DNA of 63,558 bases, counting the filler, from Sphacelaria rigidula (Eukaryota): NCBI GenBank assembly GCA_964200075.2. It is 9 parts of 9 records of this genome, joined end to end, with 100 filler letters (N's around TTAATTAATTAA, not from the genome) between each part and the next. Parts side by side here need not be neighbours in the genome. Positions count along the whole stretch, not along the records: positions 1 to 6,974 come from CAXNAA020017130.1; positions 7,075 to 14,048 come from CAXNAA020017131.1; 7 more parts are not named here. One strand, 5' to 3'. Within the stretch, counting starts at the first letter, position 1. Each line of letters starts with the position of its first letter. Of the stretch, positions 1-11,600 are shown in pieces. A program made the position numbers and the translations under genes. The notes under the pieces were generated by a model. It saw nothing but the letters and a program-made list of their open reading frames with translations, had not been told where the DNA came from and made no database searches.

Positions 1-69
1 GGGGGCGTACTCATTTGTTGCTTGCCTTAGTCGTTTGACCATTGACCACGCATCCATTTCGAGACGGAG
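1..69 (-). mobile_element. 3' end of LINE family A (short 5'-truncated copy); further copies at 6934-6974 (+) and 28330-28400 (-)
   Basis: TGCCTTAGTCGTTTGACCATTGACCACGCATCC-TTTCGAGACGGAG matches 26971-27018, immediately 3' of the LINE RT ORF at 27150-28196. Confidence 0.85.
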
Positions 70-1203
70 AGGGGGGGGGAGAGGGGGGATAGCAGAATCG
101 CTCATCTACAGTATGCAGCAGTAGAGATCCTCCACGACGAGTGAAATATAAAAATAAGTAAGCCAAGGCTGGTAGCAAGTAAGTGGTAGTGAGATCGCAA
201 AATTTCCAGTGTCCGCACCGAAATCCACGCGTGAAGTTGAATCGCAAGCCATTGTGTACAGAGTATCGTGTGGTTGCACCGGGAGTTATTTTAACTTTCG
301 GTTGTCGTGCGATGAAACAACAAAAATTGGCAACTGTCCGCCCCCATCACTTCGAGGTGTGGTGAGCATGTGTTACATCGTGTCCACAACGCTCTTCACC
401 ATGAAATTGGTAATTGGTAGGTAACTGAGGTTTCGCATTTGGCAGTTCGGCACCAATCGTTCCACCGTATCTAACTCACGCTTATTTTTACTTCATTTTT
501 TCTTCATTCGACCGACCTGCCGTCGACATACCCGCTATGGTACAAGGACGTAAACCCACGACTGTGGTAGAGTGTGAAGTTGAAATATTTGCACTATTTG
601 TACTACTGTAGAATGCAGAGTTCAATTGTACAGTCAAATTGTGGATAATGGTGTGGGCATCTTTGTTATACACTCATCATACTGAAACTGGTGCGAGCTA
701 CAGCGGTACCGGCGGAACTTGAATAAATTGAAAAGCTAACGCCATCGTCGCCAGTTCCAGATAGATTTCAGTCCCAGTTTGAACGACATCAACTGTTTCG
801 GTTCGCAGCCCTACCCATGGTACTTGAACGACAAAACGCTGCTGCCGTGCTTCGTACGGCATCTCAGCTGTCACTCTGCATGGTAATGCTCAGCACCGGT
901 CGCGGACGGTAAGCTTTGCATAGTCGAAACGCCCTGTTTTGCCAAAAGAAATGAGGAATGAACAGCGGAATAATCGGAATTGCTCTTCCGGACCTATAGG
1001 TTTCTGGCAGATACCCCGTCGCTGCTGGGAAGACTATTTATTTTAGTGGTCTGATCTCCAGCTGGGAGTGTGGTGCCGCCACGGTGGACAAAGGTCTCAC
1101 CGTCTTCTTCCCACAACAAATATAAAATGGCATCATGTACAAATCACGAGAAAATGGACATCTACACACTTCGTATGCGTATTCAGCGTACGATGGCAAC
1201 AGT

Positions 1204-1310
1204 TTGATTGATTGATTGATTGGTTGGTTGGTTGATTGATTGGTTGATTGTCGCACTTTAACTGATCACCCATGGGTACAGCCGCGGTCGCATGATAGAC
1301 GTACCCAAGA
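1204..1310 (-). mobile_element. Retroposon 3' end, family D, with (TCAA)n tail; copies at 8868-8960 and 61322-61400
   Basis: (TTGA)n followed by conserved TTGTCGYACTTTAACTGA...CATGATAGACGTAYCCAAGA in three different contigs; the 8868 copy is more diverged. Confidence 0.7.
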
Positions 1311-1552
1311 AACGAAGAACTGAAACACTCGTTCAAGAAAACGAGGGAGCAGAAAGAAGTCAACAGAACGGCATAGTAGACTAAGACGTGGGGATGATAT
1401 ATCATCATGCCGTCGATTCTCGATATCGATAAATTACAGAATATAGTTTTTGACCCATATATTGCGCAGCTCTGAAGAATACACTTCCCTACTGTATTCA
1501 CAACACGCTGAACAAAAATTGTAGATGTTTACAGTCAAATGTTAGTCCTCAC

Positions 1553-4159
1553 CGTGCTATAGTTGAGAAACGTTCCGCGCTCACAATCGAAGACATTGTC
1601 GTCGAAGGAGGTGCTGTCGATGATATTGATCGATCCCACGTTAGAGATTGCCGGTCCTTCGTCTTCGGCGGAAGCATTTTCTACGAATGTGCAGTTGGAG
1701 ACGGATGCCGTGCCAGCGAGACTCAGAGCTCCTCCAACTGGTGCAAAGTTGCCGCGAAACAGTATATTGTTGAACTTGTCTTGACCTGCTCCGCTCTCCA
1801 CCGCACCACCTGTTATCGTTGCACTGTTGCTGGAAAATTGACATCGGTCGAACGTGGTCGGATCCACAAATTTAAAGCTCGTAACTGCCGTTCCGCTGCC
1901 TGTAACGGACACTGCTCCGCCTGTACCGGCAGAGTTCGAAGTGAACGTAACATCGATGAACTGTGGCCCAATCGCTACACCTGCAACGAACACTGCCCCT
2001 CCGGCAACGTCAGCCGAATTCTGATCGAACGTCATAGTTTTCTCACCGAAACGTGCAGCTATCACGCCGACAAGTGCCATCGCTCCTCCACTAGAACTGC
2101 AGCTGTTATTGGCGAACGTGGTCAAGGCGTTGATGACGATAGACGACTCAATGTCTTCACTGTTCTTATTTGACGACGACAACGAAACAGCACCTCCTGA
2201 TGCACCCGCATCGTTGTTGCGGAAGACTGTGGTCGCCTCCCAGGATACACTGGAGCCGTGTTCGATAAGCACAGCTCCTCCCGATCCCTTCGCTGAGTTG
2301 TTCGCAAACTCCGTCTCTGCTTCCCATGACGCATCAGAGCGATTCATCGTATAAATGGCCCCACCTCCTTCGGAAGCGGCATTGTTGAAGAAGAATGTCA
2401 TCCCTGCCCACGAGATAGCGGATTCATTGAAGATATTCAAAGCGCCACCAGAAACAGCTGCAGAATTGCCAATAAATGACGTCTCTGTTTCCCAAAAAGC
2501 AGATGCCTTCTCGCTGGTGATGACAGCACCTCCATAGGTAGCGTCATTGTCCAAGAAGGACGTTTTCCCTCGCCACAGTGCAGCGGAATTCTTGAAGATG
2601 TTCAAAGCGCCCCCAGAACGAGTTGCAGAATTGCCGATAAACGACGTCTCTGCCTCCCAAGATGCATCGGAGCCGTCGCTAATGATCACAGCACCCCCAT
2701 TTTCAGCGCTATTGCCGGAGAAGGACGTTTTCCCTTCCCACGATAGTGCCGAATTCTTGAAGATATCCAAAGCGCCCCCAGAGTGGGTTGCAGTGTTGCC
2801 GATAAACGACGTCTCCGCTTCCCAAGATACGCTGGAGCCCTCGCCGGCGATCACCGCACCCCCATTCACAGCGCTATTGTTGAAGAAGCGCGTTTTTCCT
2901 TTGCTCGATAGATCGGATTTGTTGTAAATATCCGAAGCGCCTCCAGACCAAAATGCAATATTGCCGACAAACGACGTCTCTGCCTCCCAAGATACACGGG
3001 AACCGTGAGACGAAAGGGCACCCCCATAGACAGCGCTGTTGTTTGAAAAGGACGTTTTCCCTGTCCAAGATGCAGTAGCGCCGTCGAAAAGGTAGACAGC
3101 ACCCCCGTTGCTTTCGCGTGCGATATTACCGATGAAGTCAGTCCTCGCTTCCCACGATACCGAGGCGGCGTTGACTTGTATCGCGCCGCCGTGCTTTGTA
3201 GCATTATTGTCAATGAACCTCGTCGTCGCCCTCCACAATACGCTCGAACCGTCGGAGACGTCCAACCCAGCCCCGCCGCCATCGGACGGTGCGTGGTTGC
3301 CTGAAAACAGCGTCTCCGCTTCCCAGGATACCTTGGAGTTGGTTTCGACATGCACACCTCCACCCCACCGTCCGCTGTTGCGGGAGAACGACGTTGTCGC
3401 TTCCCACGATACAGTCGATTCGTTGTACACGTTCAAGGCGCCCCCTGTGAACTCTGCAGCGTTCCCGTCAAACGATGTCTCCGCTTCCCAGAAGACGCTG
3501 GAGTTGTTCTCTACATAGAGTGCACCTCCCTGGTGAGCAGTGTTATTGGAGAACGACGAATTTCCTCGCCATGAGACGCTGGAGCTGTCACTAATGAAAG
3601 CCCCACCGCCACCACCAGACGCGCTATTGCCGACGAATGTTGTCAGACCGCTCCACGAAACGGCCGAGTTGTCGGCGACATGGAGAGCTCCGCCGTTTCC
3701 ATCGAAGGCAACGTTGTCGACAAAAGAGGTCCGGTAGAACGACATGTTTGAGCGATGACAAACGATCGCCCCGCCAGAGGTCGCATTGCCGTTGCTGAAG
3801 ATCATGTTGCTCACACTCAAGAACGCGTTTTCGATGTTGAAAAGTCGATTAGTTCCGCTTCCCTCCATCCCGGCTGCCGAACCACTTCCAGCTACATTGA
3901 GGAAAGTTCCACCCGCTACATGGATTTCGCGCTCTACGACGACGTGTCCGGTCCATTTGACATTGAAAACCCCATCAGAGCAGTTAACTGCGGCAGCCAG
4001 GGCTGTGGCTGATGCTGTATCCTCAACGTCCCAGACCTGCGAGGCATCGCTGCTGCTGCAAGGAGTGGAAGCTACGCCAGTGCAGAATATCCCGAGCAGA
4101 ACGAGTGTGGCAATCCAGCCCTTAAGTCTTATGATCAGGTGTCGCCAATCAGGTGGCAT
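1553..4159 (-). CDS. Large coding exon of a Pmp-like (polymorphic membrane protein / adhesin-like) parallel beta-helix secreted or surface protein; 3' exons not found in the contig
   Basis: 910-aa ORF. Likely start MPPDW at 4159, followed by a hydrophobic signal-like segment (WIATLVLLGIFCTGVAS). More than 20 tandem ~27-aa FxxNxA...GGA(V/L/I) repeats. GT donor after ...FLNYST (ACG|GTGAGG at 1553) and an upstream acceptor at 4211. Confidence 0.88.
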
Positions 4160-5257
4160 TCCGTCAAACTGCTGTTGAATGTTGACACGCCGACCACGTG
4201 ACGAAAAGTACCTGGAACACAGCAGGATATACGTGTTTGTCGGCGAAAAAGTTGCACTGAGAATCATCTGCGTAACTGTAAACGCCTAGTCTGGTAAATG
4301 TTTCGGGAGAGTAAGCTACTTGTTGGTAGTGTGAGGTCACTACTTGGTGTCAATGAGATGTCGCTGGAGGGAGATAAAACCATTGAGATGCAGGCAAACA
4401 TGGAAGGTATCTGACTCCTATTCCAGATGGTGAAACTCCAACGAGGTTGAATAATAAGGTCTGCGCTGCCACACGGGGGAGCAACGGTTGACGACTTGAC
4501 CATTGATATGCTCGTGCAGTGAGCGTGTCGATCACTTCATTTGATGATGGAAGCGCGAATATTTCAGTTCAACTCGGACCACATCTAGTTGATGATACAT
4601 GCGTTTCTCGTCGAAGTTCAAGGAGGAGGAAGGAGGAGGAAGGAGGTTGACTTGGGTGGGGTTGGTCTAGTATTCAGTTTACCCTTTTCTTTCATGAACA
4701 AATGGAGGCCTCCTCGCTCAAGGATTTTTGAGGATTCAAAGGAGACGTAAATCGCGAGCGAGATTTCATTGAAGAGCACGCATTTTTCAAGGATCTGCAT
4801 TTCAAGTCCGCCCTCGGCTAGTGTCTGGAACATAAAATTAAAAACAAAATGCAGATACCAATATATACAACTTCGCTGTGTACACCCGTAGTTTGTATCA
4901 CGATGACAAGGACTGCGATGGAGTGCTTTACCGCGGAGTGAGGCAAAATCTAGTCAGTCAGACGGATCTCATGTAAATCATCGTCGAGGTTTGCTACGGC
5001 CGCAGCAGCAGGAAGGGCCGATCGGAAGTCCATCACAGTAGTATGACTAGGTATGGCCATTTGTGGCCACTATAAGGTACGCCCAACAAACCTCCTGCGC
5101 ATGGAAAACATTGAATATTCTCAAGAGAGTAATACAGCGATTAAACGAACAGACAAATGTCGCGAACAGGGTATGGATCTGACGCCGTGTCCCGAGCTGA
5201 ATCATAGTAAATAGGTCAAAGCCCACGGTGTAGTGAGGCGTTGAGTTTTGAACAGCC

Positions 5258-5905
5258 GATCATCGACATTGAGATTGGAGCTTTCCGTTGAGTATAACTC
5301 GAAGGATTAAAATTTTTGTATCCAAACCAAATCTTCGAAATATGGTTCCATTCCTTCAACTACTGGTAGCTCTTGGCAAGCACTACAAGTCGTACGAACA
5401 TGGAGTTCGACAACCGAAATGTTGTCCTACGAGAGAAACCAATGTCGGGGAACTTCGGCGATCCGATCGCATCGCCTTAATTTCCCAAAATTAATTCTTC
5501 AACTTGTAGGGCGTGTAGCAGTTCTCAATAGCTACCGGTAGGTGAAAGAAATGGAACCATATTTCGAAGATTTAGTGCAGATACGACGATTTTTATCCTC
5601 CGGGTTCTCATCCTCAACGAAAAGCTCCATCCTCAATTTCGATGATCCCCTGTTTTTGCGGAAATACATGCGAGTGACATTCGGTCTTAGACTGCCAATC
5701 TCCATTCCAAATCACCCGAACACGCCCATGACCAATCGATTAAAAAATTGAGGATGGAGCTCATCATTGAGGATGATGAACCAGAGAATTAAAAACTTTG
5801 TATCCACATCAATTCTTCGAAATGTTGTTGAGTTCGTTCACCTACTGGTAGCCATTAACAACTACTACTCGGTATACAAATTTGGATTCCGATCACCGAA
5901 ATTTG
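5258..5905. repeat. Foldback-like array: three ~140-bp related units in forward/reverse/forward orientation
   Basis: AAATCTTCGAAATATGGTTCCATT (~5330-5353) is inverted at ~5549-5572. A third direct, diverged copy lies at ~5745-5905. Confidence 0.75.
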
Positions 5906-6974
5906 GGGGCCTAGGTGATGAAAAAAAAAAACCGTCTTTTATGTTGACCTTCCTCCTGTGTGACCCCCGGTAGTGCGCTTACATATACCGAAAGGTGTAG
6001 GCTCGCGTCCAGAATGGGTGGGATGATGACTCACACGCAAGAAACGGTCGAAAGAACCAGGAAAACGAGATCAAAAGAGCGAGAAAGCTGTATCGAAAAG
6101 GGGCCACTTTCAGCAGCGAGAATCGGCAGCAAAAACAAAAAACATCCTGAATTCGTGTTATTCAGCACTGTATCTCTTCTTCGGATAACATCACCTGCTG
6201 ATCTTCAACGCCGTTCATCCCAACGGTTGTGTAGCTAAGTGTTGATCTCTGTTGGCTTTCTCAACACTAAGCGCCACCTTTCTGTTCGCAATCAACACTC
6301 TCAATGACAACGTACGAGTATTATGCAACCCCCAACTCGTGCTAGCCAAGGGTAGTATGAAAACCACCGCTGACTCTCCATTTTGTTCTTTTTCGGCGCT
6401 CCAGGGGAGGAAGACGGGGATTCTTAGTCGTCTATTTCGAAGTATAGAGCTAGTGCCATACTCACTCCTGTAGGAAACGATTTCCTTGTTCTTAGAGACG
6501 GGGACGAGCTACGTGCACTGAGTAAATGTCGACCGAATCATTCGATACTACATTAGATGTGGCATGTCACTCGATCTGGCGGTTGATACTTGGATAATGA
6601 GGCAAGTTATTTGATGTTGGAGCGGGCGAGGCAATTTTATCGAACGGATTAGGGGCGAAGCACGTTACTTGGTTTTAGACAACAAGCCGAGGAATGACCC
6701 TGCGGTAGCAGGGGTGTGTGCTTGTTTCCACGAGCACCGGGGGCCCGTAGTTGTGTAAGACGACCTGACACATTCGCGGTCCTCTTGTATTGGGGGAAAA
6801 AACGTGTCGAGCAGTATGCATGGCTGTGTCTCATTGGTAACAAGCGCGTTCGAACAATCGCTGCTGGTTTAAATGGCGATATGAAGTGTCACTTTGCCGA
6901 AGATACACCTCAAAATCTCTCCCCCCCCCCCCGAATGTTGGAGGTGTCTCTATTAGGAGTAGGAACGATGCTCC

Positions 6975-7074
6975 NNNNNNNNNNNNNNNNNNNNNNNNNN
7001 NNNNNNNNNNNNNNNNNNTTAATTAATTAANNNNNNNNNNNNNNNNNNNNNNNNNNNNNNNNNNNNNNNNNNNN
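6975..7074. other. Artificial contig-joining spacer (first of eight; others 14049-14148, 21123-21222, 28197-28296, 35271-35370, 42344-42443, 49416-49515, 56488-56587)
   Basis: Identical 44N-TTAATTAATTAA-44N blocks with stops in all six frames. Intervening contigs are 6974, 6974, 6974, 6974, 6974, 6973, 6972, 6972 and 6971 bp, i.e. size-sorted. Confidence 0.98.
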
Positions 7075-7265
7075 CCCCCCCCCCCCCCCCCCCCTCCTGT
7101 CAAACTGTACGTTCACCTCAACGCCGTTTTTATTCTTCGCATGTTCGTGGTGACGAATCTAGTGACGACCTGCTGTACTCCACCTCGCGTCGAAGGGGTC
7201 AAGCCTCTGACACAGCCTGGGTGCCTGCGTCTGTTGAATCGACATCATACTGACCTGAAAGACTA

Positions 7266-7380
7266 TTAACCCTTGACCTCTAGACGGCGAGAGTATGTCA
7301 TCTGTTGGATCGACATCAATTCACTTGGAAACATTACGCACGGTCCAGATAGACTACTCTCCTCGCGGTCTAAGCGTCAA
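7266..7380 (+). mobile_element. piggyBac-like MITE copy (same family as 42865-42974)
   Basis: TTAACCCTTGA...GTCATCTGTTGGATCGACATCAAT...CCTCGCGGTCTAAG is shared with the 42865 copy. Confidence 0.6.
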
Positions 7381-8465
7381 ACAGCGAGCGTCGCCTCGGA
7401 ACAGTTTCACCGGTTGATAGTCCAGGGATATTCGGGAATTTCCAGCGGGCGGGGGGGGGGGGGGTTCTGACAGCGGGTTGGGAGCCTGCTCGCAGAACAG
7501 CCCAAAAGCTCACCAAGTCGATCATTTCCATTGGGAAATTTCCCACGGAAAGATAGAAGCCAGAACCGGGGCCCGAGAGAAGGCGAGTGACCATTTTCAC
7601 CACTCACAGCTAGAAAAATGGTAACTTTGTCCTCCTGCAGGTGGGCTACAGATGTACGACTTCGCTCTCTAGCTATATTCGTCCTTTTGTTCGTGAAAAT
7701 TCAATCATAAAAAGTATGAGCACACATGAAGGTGATTTTCACTCTGGTCATGGTTTTTGCCGCTTGCCTGACCCCTCATGTGCTACCAGTATAGCTTCAT
7801 ATTGTCTGCAGTGTTGTTGCGCAACAAAAGGGAAATACATCAGCAGCATTCAGTAGACTGCGTGCAGTGGAGAACGATGGCGCACTTATACTGTCTCTTG
7901 CCGTTGTATCCAGCGAAAACATCCAGTATACATACTAACTCTGCACGCAATAGACTGCAGGGTGAATGGAAAACACGTAAGTACACTAAAACCAAGGTAA
8001 CCACAGATGGGTATTTAGATGCTTCATGAATCGGCCAGATGGGCATCCTGGCGGTAAAGGCCGAATCGAGCAAAAGTTCCATGACAAACGCCCGACATGA
8101 CATTGGCCAAGCTTTATCTACCCGATGCCAGTGCTGAGTTCGAGGGCTTCATGACAGTACTGTGCAGCTTGGACTGGACTGGACACGAGAAACGGTGGAC
8201 CACTGCACTCTTACCGTACCGTACTGTATGCGACCACTCAGTACATCTTGTACAGTGCAGTTCAGTATGCTATTCCAAACCTTAGAATACGACATGGTGT
8301 CATTTTTTTCTGCCGGGTTGTCAAACCCGAAAAATTGTACCGAAGCCAGGCCCTGCGCTCAAAGCGTTACCCCGCAGGCTGTGAGTGTCGCCTCAGAACA
8401 ATTTCGCCGGCTGACCGTCCAGGTATATCCAGGGGTTTTCAGTGGGCAGGGGGGTGGGGTTTGGG

Positions 8466-8560
8466 GTGTACTCATGATCTTACATGTCGTAGTCACATGA
8501 CCGTTGACCTCGCATCCCTACAAGGCCAGGACGGAGCACGCCGGGTTTTGGCCCGATCAG
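8466..8560 (-). mobile_element. Retroposon family B (SINE or LINE 3' end ending ATGAGTACA-(C)n); copies at 10375-10540, 22743-22851, 23085-23248, 49516-49582, 58355-58530, 58556-58632
   Basis: Conserved core GCCTGGTCCGGCGAAAACCYGGCGTGCTCCGTCCCGGCTTTGTAGGGATGCGAG...GCAAGATCATGAGTACACCC in seven copies across four contigs, with variable 5' truncation. Confidence 0.8.
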
Positions 8561-8641
8561 GGGGGGATCGGGAGGGGGCTGTTCATCACCCTTTTCAGGC
8601 GCGAAGCACAATCTCCGGTAGGTAGCGAACTAGACGCTTAC

Positions 8642-11600
8642 CGTAAGTCATTCAGTGCCGGTTTTCCCAGCGTGAAGGCGTTCCCCTCAAAGTCCAAGAT
8701 GTCATCCACCAGCTGGAAGGCCAGACCCACTCGCTTGCCGTACTCGAACGCTACGTTCTGGACCTGCAACGGCAGGAACAACAAGAATCATGCTCATGAT
8801 CACCATTGGATCATGACAACAGCCATGTATCATGACAATCAACTCTAGGAGTACTAGGAGAAGGGTCGATTGATTGATTTATTGATTTTCGCACATGAAC
8901 TGATACCCCAGGGGTCATGATCCAGCCGTGGTCATCATCCACATGATACACGTGCCCGAGATAGAGCAAAGCGGACTCACTGAAGGAAAGTAAAGAAATC
9001 AGAAAAATGGAACAGTTACAAAGAATAGCCTGGGAAATAAACAAATAAAATACTGAAGAGCTACTACTACTACTACTGCTGCTAGCAAAACTACAGTCAA
9101 GGAAAACACTCAGCTGATTGATGGATACAATCGTTGTCGCACATCAACTGGTCTGCTGCGAGTCTAGCCATTGTCACACCATGAGACGTGTCCAACAGGT
9201 GATGGGCAAACGAAAACCCTCACAAAACGACCAACGACCCTCGAGAGGAGGCGCACTCAACGTCCATGACAACATATCACACGTTTACGTACCTCAACGT
9301 GGTGATCGCCGAGCACGGCGGCAGCCTTGCAGCTATTGGCCATCAGACTCCCGGTCTTGTAGTAGTTCTTCCGAACGTAGTACTCGAAAGCACCCCCGCC
9401 CTGCTCTGTTGGTCGCATCTGCAATACCTCCCCCTGACACAACACGGGACAAGATGGCACCACCGTGTAGGTAGGCGTTGAAAAAAAACAAACGAATCTC
9501 GTTTTCGCTTTCACATAATGTAAGCACGGCATAAATCAGTTCCGATACATGTCGTAACTCCATGATTGAAACGAAAAACTCTGATTGCTTCCGTGACGAC
9601 GTTTGAACTTGCTTGTACACGATCCTTGCAAAATTTCGGCCCAGAACTCGTTAAATTGGGCAGGGCATTCCATTTTTTGCGCGACACAGCTGCACCCGGT
9701 TGTGTAATTGGCATATGTGACTTTCTCCAGAGCGGACGGTCACGAGTTCGAATCCCGACATACGCGTTCTTCATTTTAGTGGCAGAATCTGGCGCCGTCG
9801 TTGTGGCCATCTCATGCACTGCGTCTATGTATTCAATATATCTCTTAATGGCAGAGCGTGCATCAGCAGGTTCGTCTGGGGTTCACAGCACACTCTGGAC
9901 AAGAGATCCCATTGTCCAAAATTGTACTGCATACAGTATGGAATCTTCTGTTTGTTGCAATGGACGCAATGGTCCATACTGTACGCAGAATACTTTTGGA
10001 CAACGTAGTACATTGTCATTGTCCAAACACCCATAGCGATGTACTTACACCAAGCTGATTCGGGAAACTGAAAAAGTTATCGTCTGCGGAAGAAACGCGG
10101 GTCACTTGGCCGGCCCGCCTCGTTTTGTGAGACGTCATATAACATGTGTTGCCGCAAACGCACTGTTTTTTTCTTCTCCCCGTCCCACTGGCCCCCCCCC
10201 CCCCCCCCCCCTTCCCCCTCTTCTGGTGAGACACACATGAGGCAGTGTGCAACCGGTGGCTGTCTCTGGAAAGTGGCGATAACACCAGAAAACGAAGCAA
10301 CACACAGTAGACTGCCATCCGTACGCAAGATAATCAGTACGCTCCGAGCCGAACAATCCTAGCAGGATGCATGCAGCTCACCCTTCATGCGACTCGCTGA
10401 ACGCATCACGGCGCCTCGCGCTTAGTGATTGCAAGACTGGTTCGGCGAAAACCCGGCGTGCTCCGCTATGACTTACTTAGGGATGCGAGGTCAACAGTCT
10501 TATGGCATGCAAGATTATGATTATGAGTACACCCTCCCCTGGGACGCGTCCGTTGTCTCAAGTTTCCAGTCTCAAGGGAACAGTCAATCCATCTCTCCCC
10601 CGACACACACCTGGCGTTTAGGTATCGCAGATTGAACAAAAATTGCCGCATCGCGTGGGGTCTCGTCGATTTTTATTTGCTACTCACGTACGTCCCCATG
10701 CTTTCAACCACGGAAACCAGACTATGCTCATAGAGACCACATATGTCGTCACTCAGACCAGCGGTCTTTCGCTGCGACTGGCTGCTGGTATACCATTTCA
10801 ACTTAGACCGCTGAGGTAGAGCGGCTGGCACTGCCTTCCTCACCGTCGAAGGTGTAGAGCATTCTCACGAGAAGTAAGGCTGTTCGAAAATTGGTCGTGA
10901 AATGTCTCATGGCCAAGTATCACAGGAAAAAAACACACAAAAACACAAAAAAAACGTCGAAAATGCGCACGTCTATGCAGGACTCCAGCTTCTCCAATTC
11001 GGGACACATACGGGCAAATGAAGGTCAAGTTACGAGGACTACTCTCATGTCCTGTTTGGTGGCGTTCCTCGGTGGAAAATGAATCGGTTCTAGAGCGGTG
11101 ATGCCACTGCGTATCGTGACCCGGGTTCGCGCACGGCGTAGACCCTCACTGGTTCCTGAAAGATCAACCCATCGTTCGCGACATACCTTCACAAGGTGCT
11201 CGATGGCTGCAGACATTAGTTCCACAGATTCCAAGCTCCGCAGCCTGGCAAGGCTCATGGATGACCGTGCCAGCAAAAAGTCACCTATTTAATTAGGTGC
11301 GCAGGGAAGGAAGAGGGTTGAGAGGGTTACGAGCTGGGCCAGCCTAGAAGCAGATTTGTAGTTTGCAGGCGAATTCGCAACTTTTTACTGACAGTTGGAC
11401 ACTGAATATTGGTATGGATAATCAACAGGGCATAAAAAATAAAATTATGATGGGTCCCCAACTTTTTTTTTGGTGGTGATTTAACGGCATTTTACTAAAA
11501 CCTGAAAACTGATTATTGCCCTTAACTCATGAAAAAAAAAGCCTTTGAGACCCAGCATACATATATATATAGATATATATATTCATGTCCTGTTGATTGT

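Noticed and set aside
1563-4178. Many plus-strand ORFs with APP repeats
   Set aside because: They are antisense shadows of the GGA repeats in the Pmp-like exon.
7019-7030. Regularly spaced TTAATTAATTAA palindromes as a biological repeat or CRISPR-like array
   Set aside because: They are embedded in N runs and are artificial six-frame-stop linkers.
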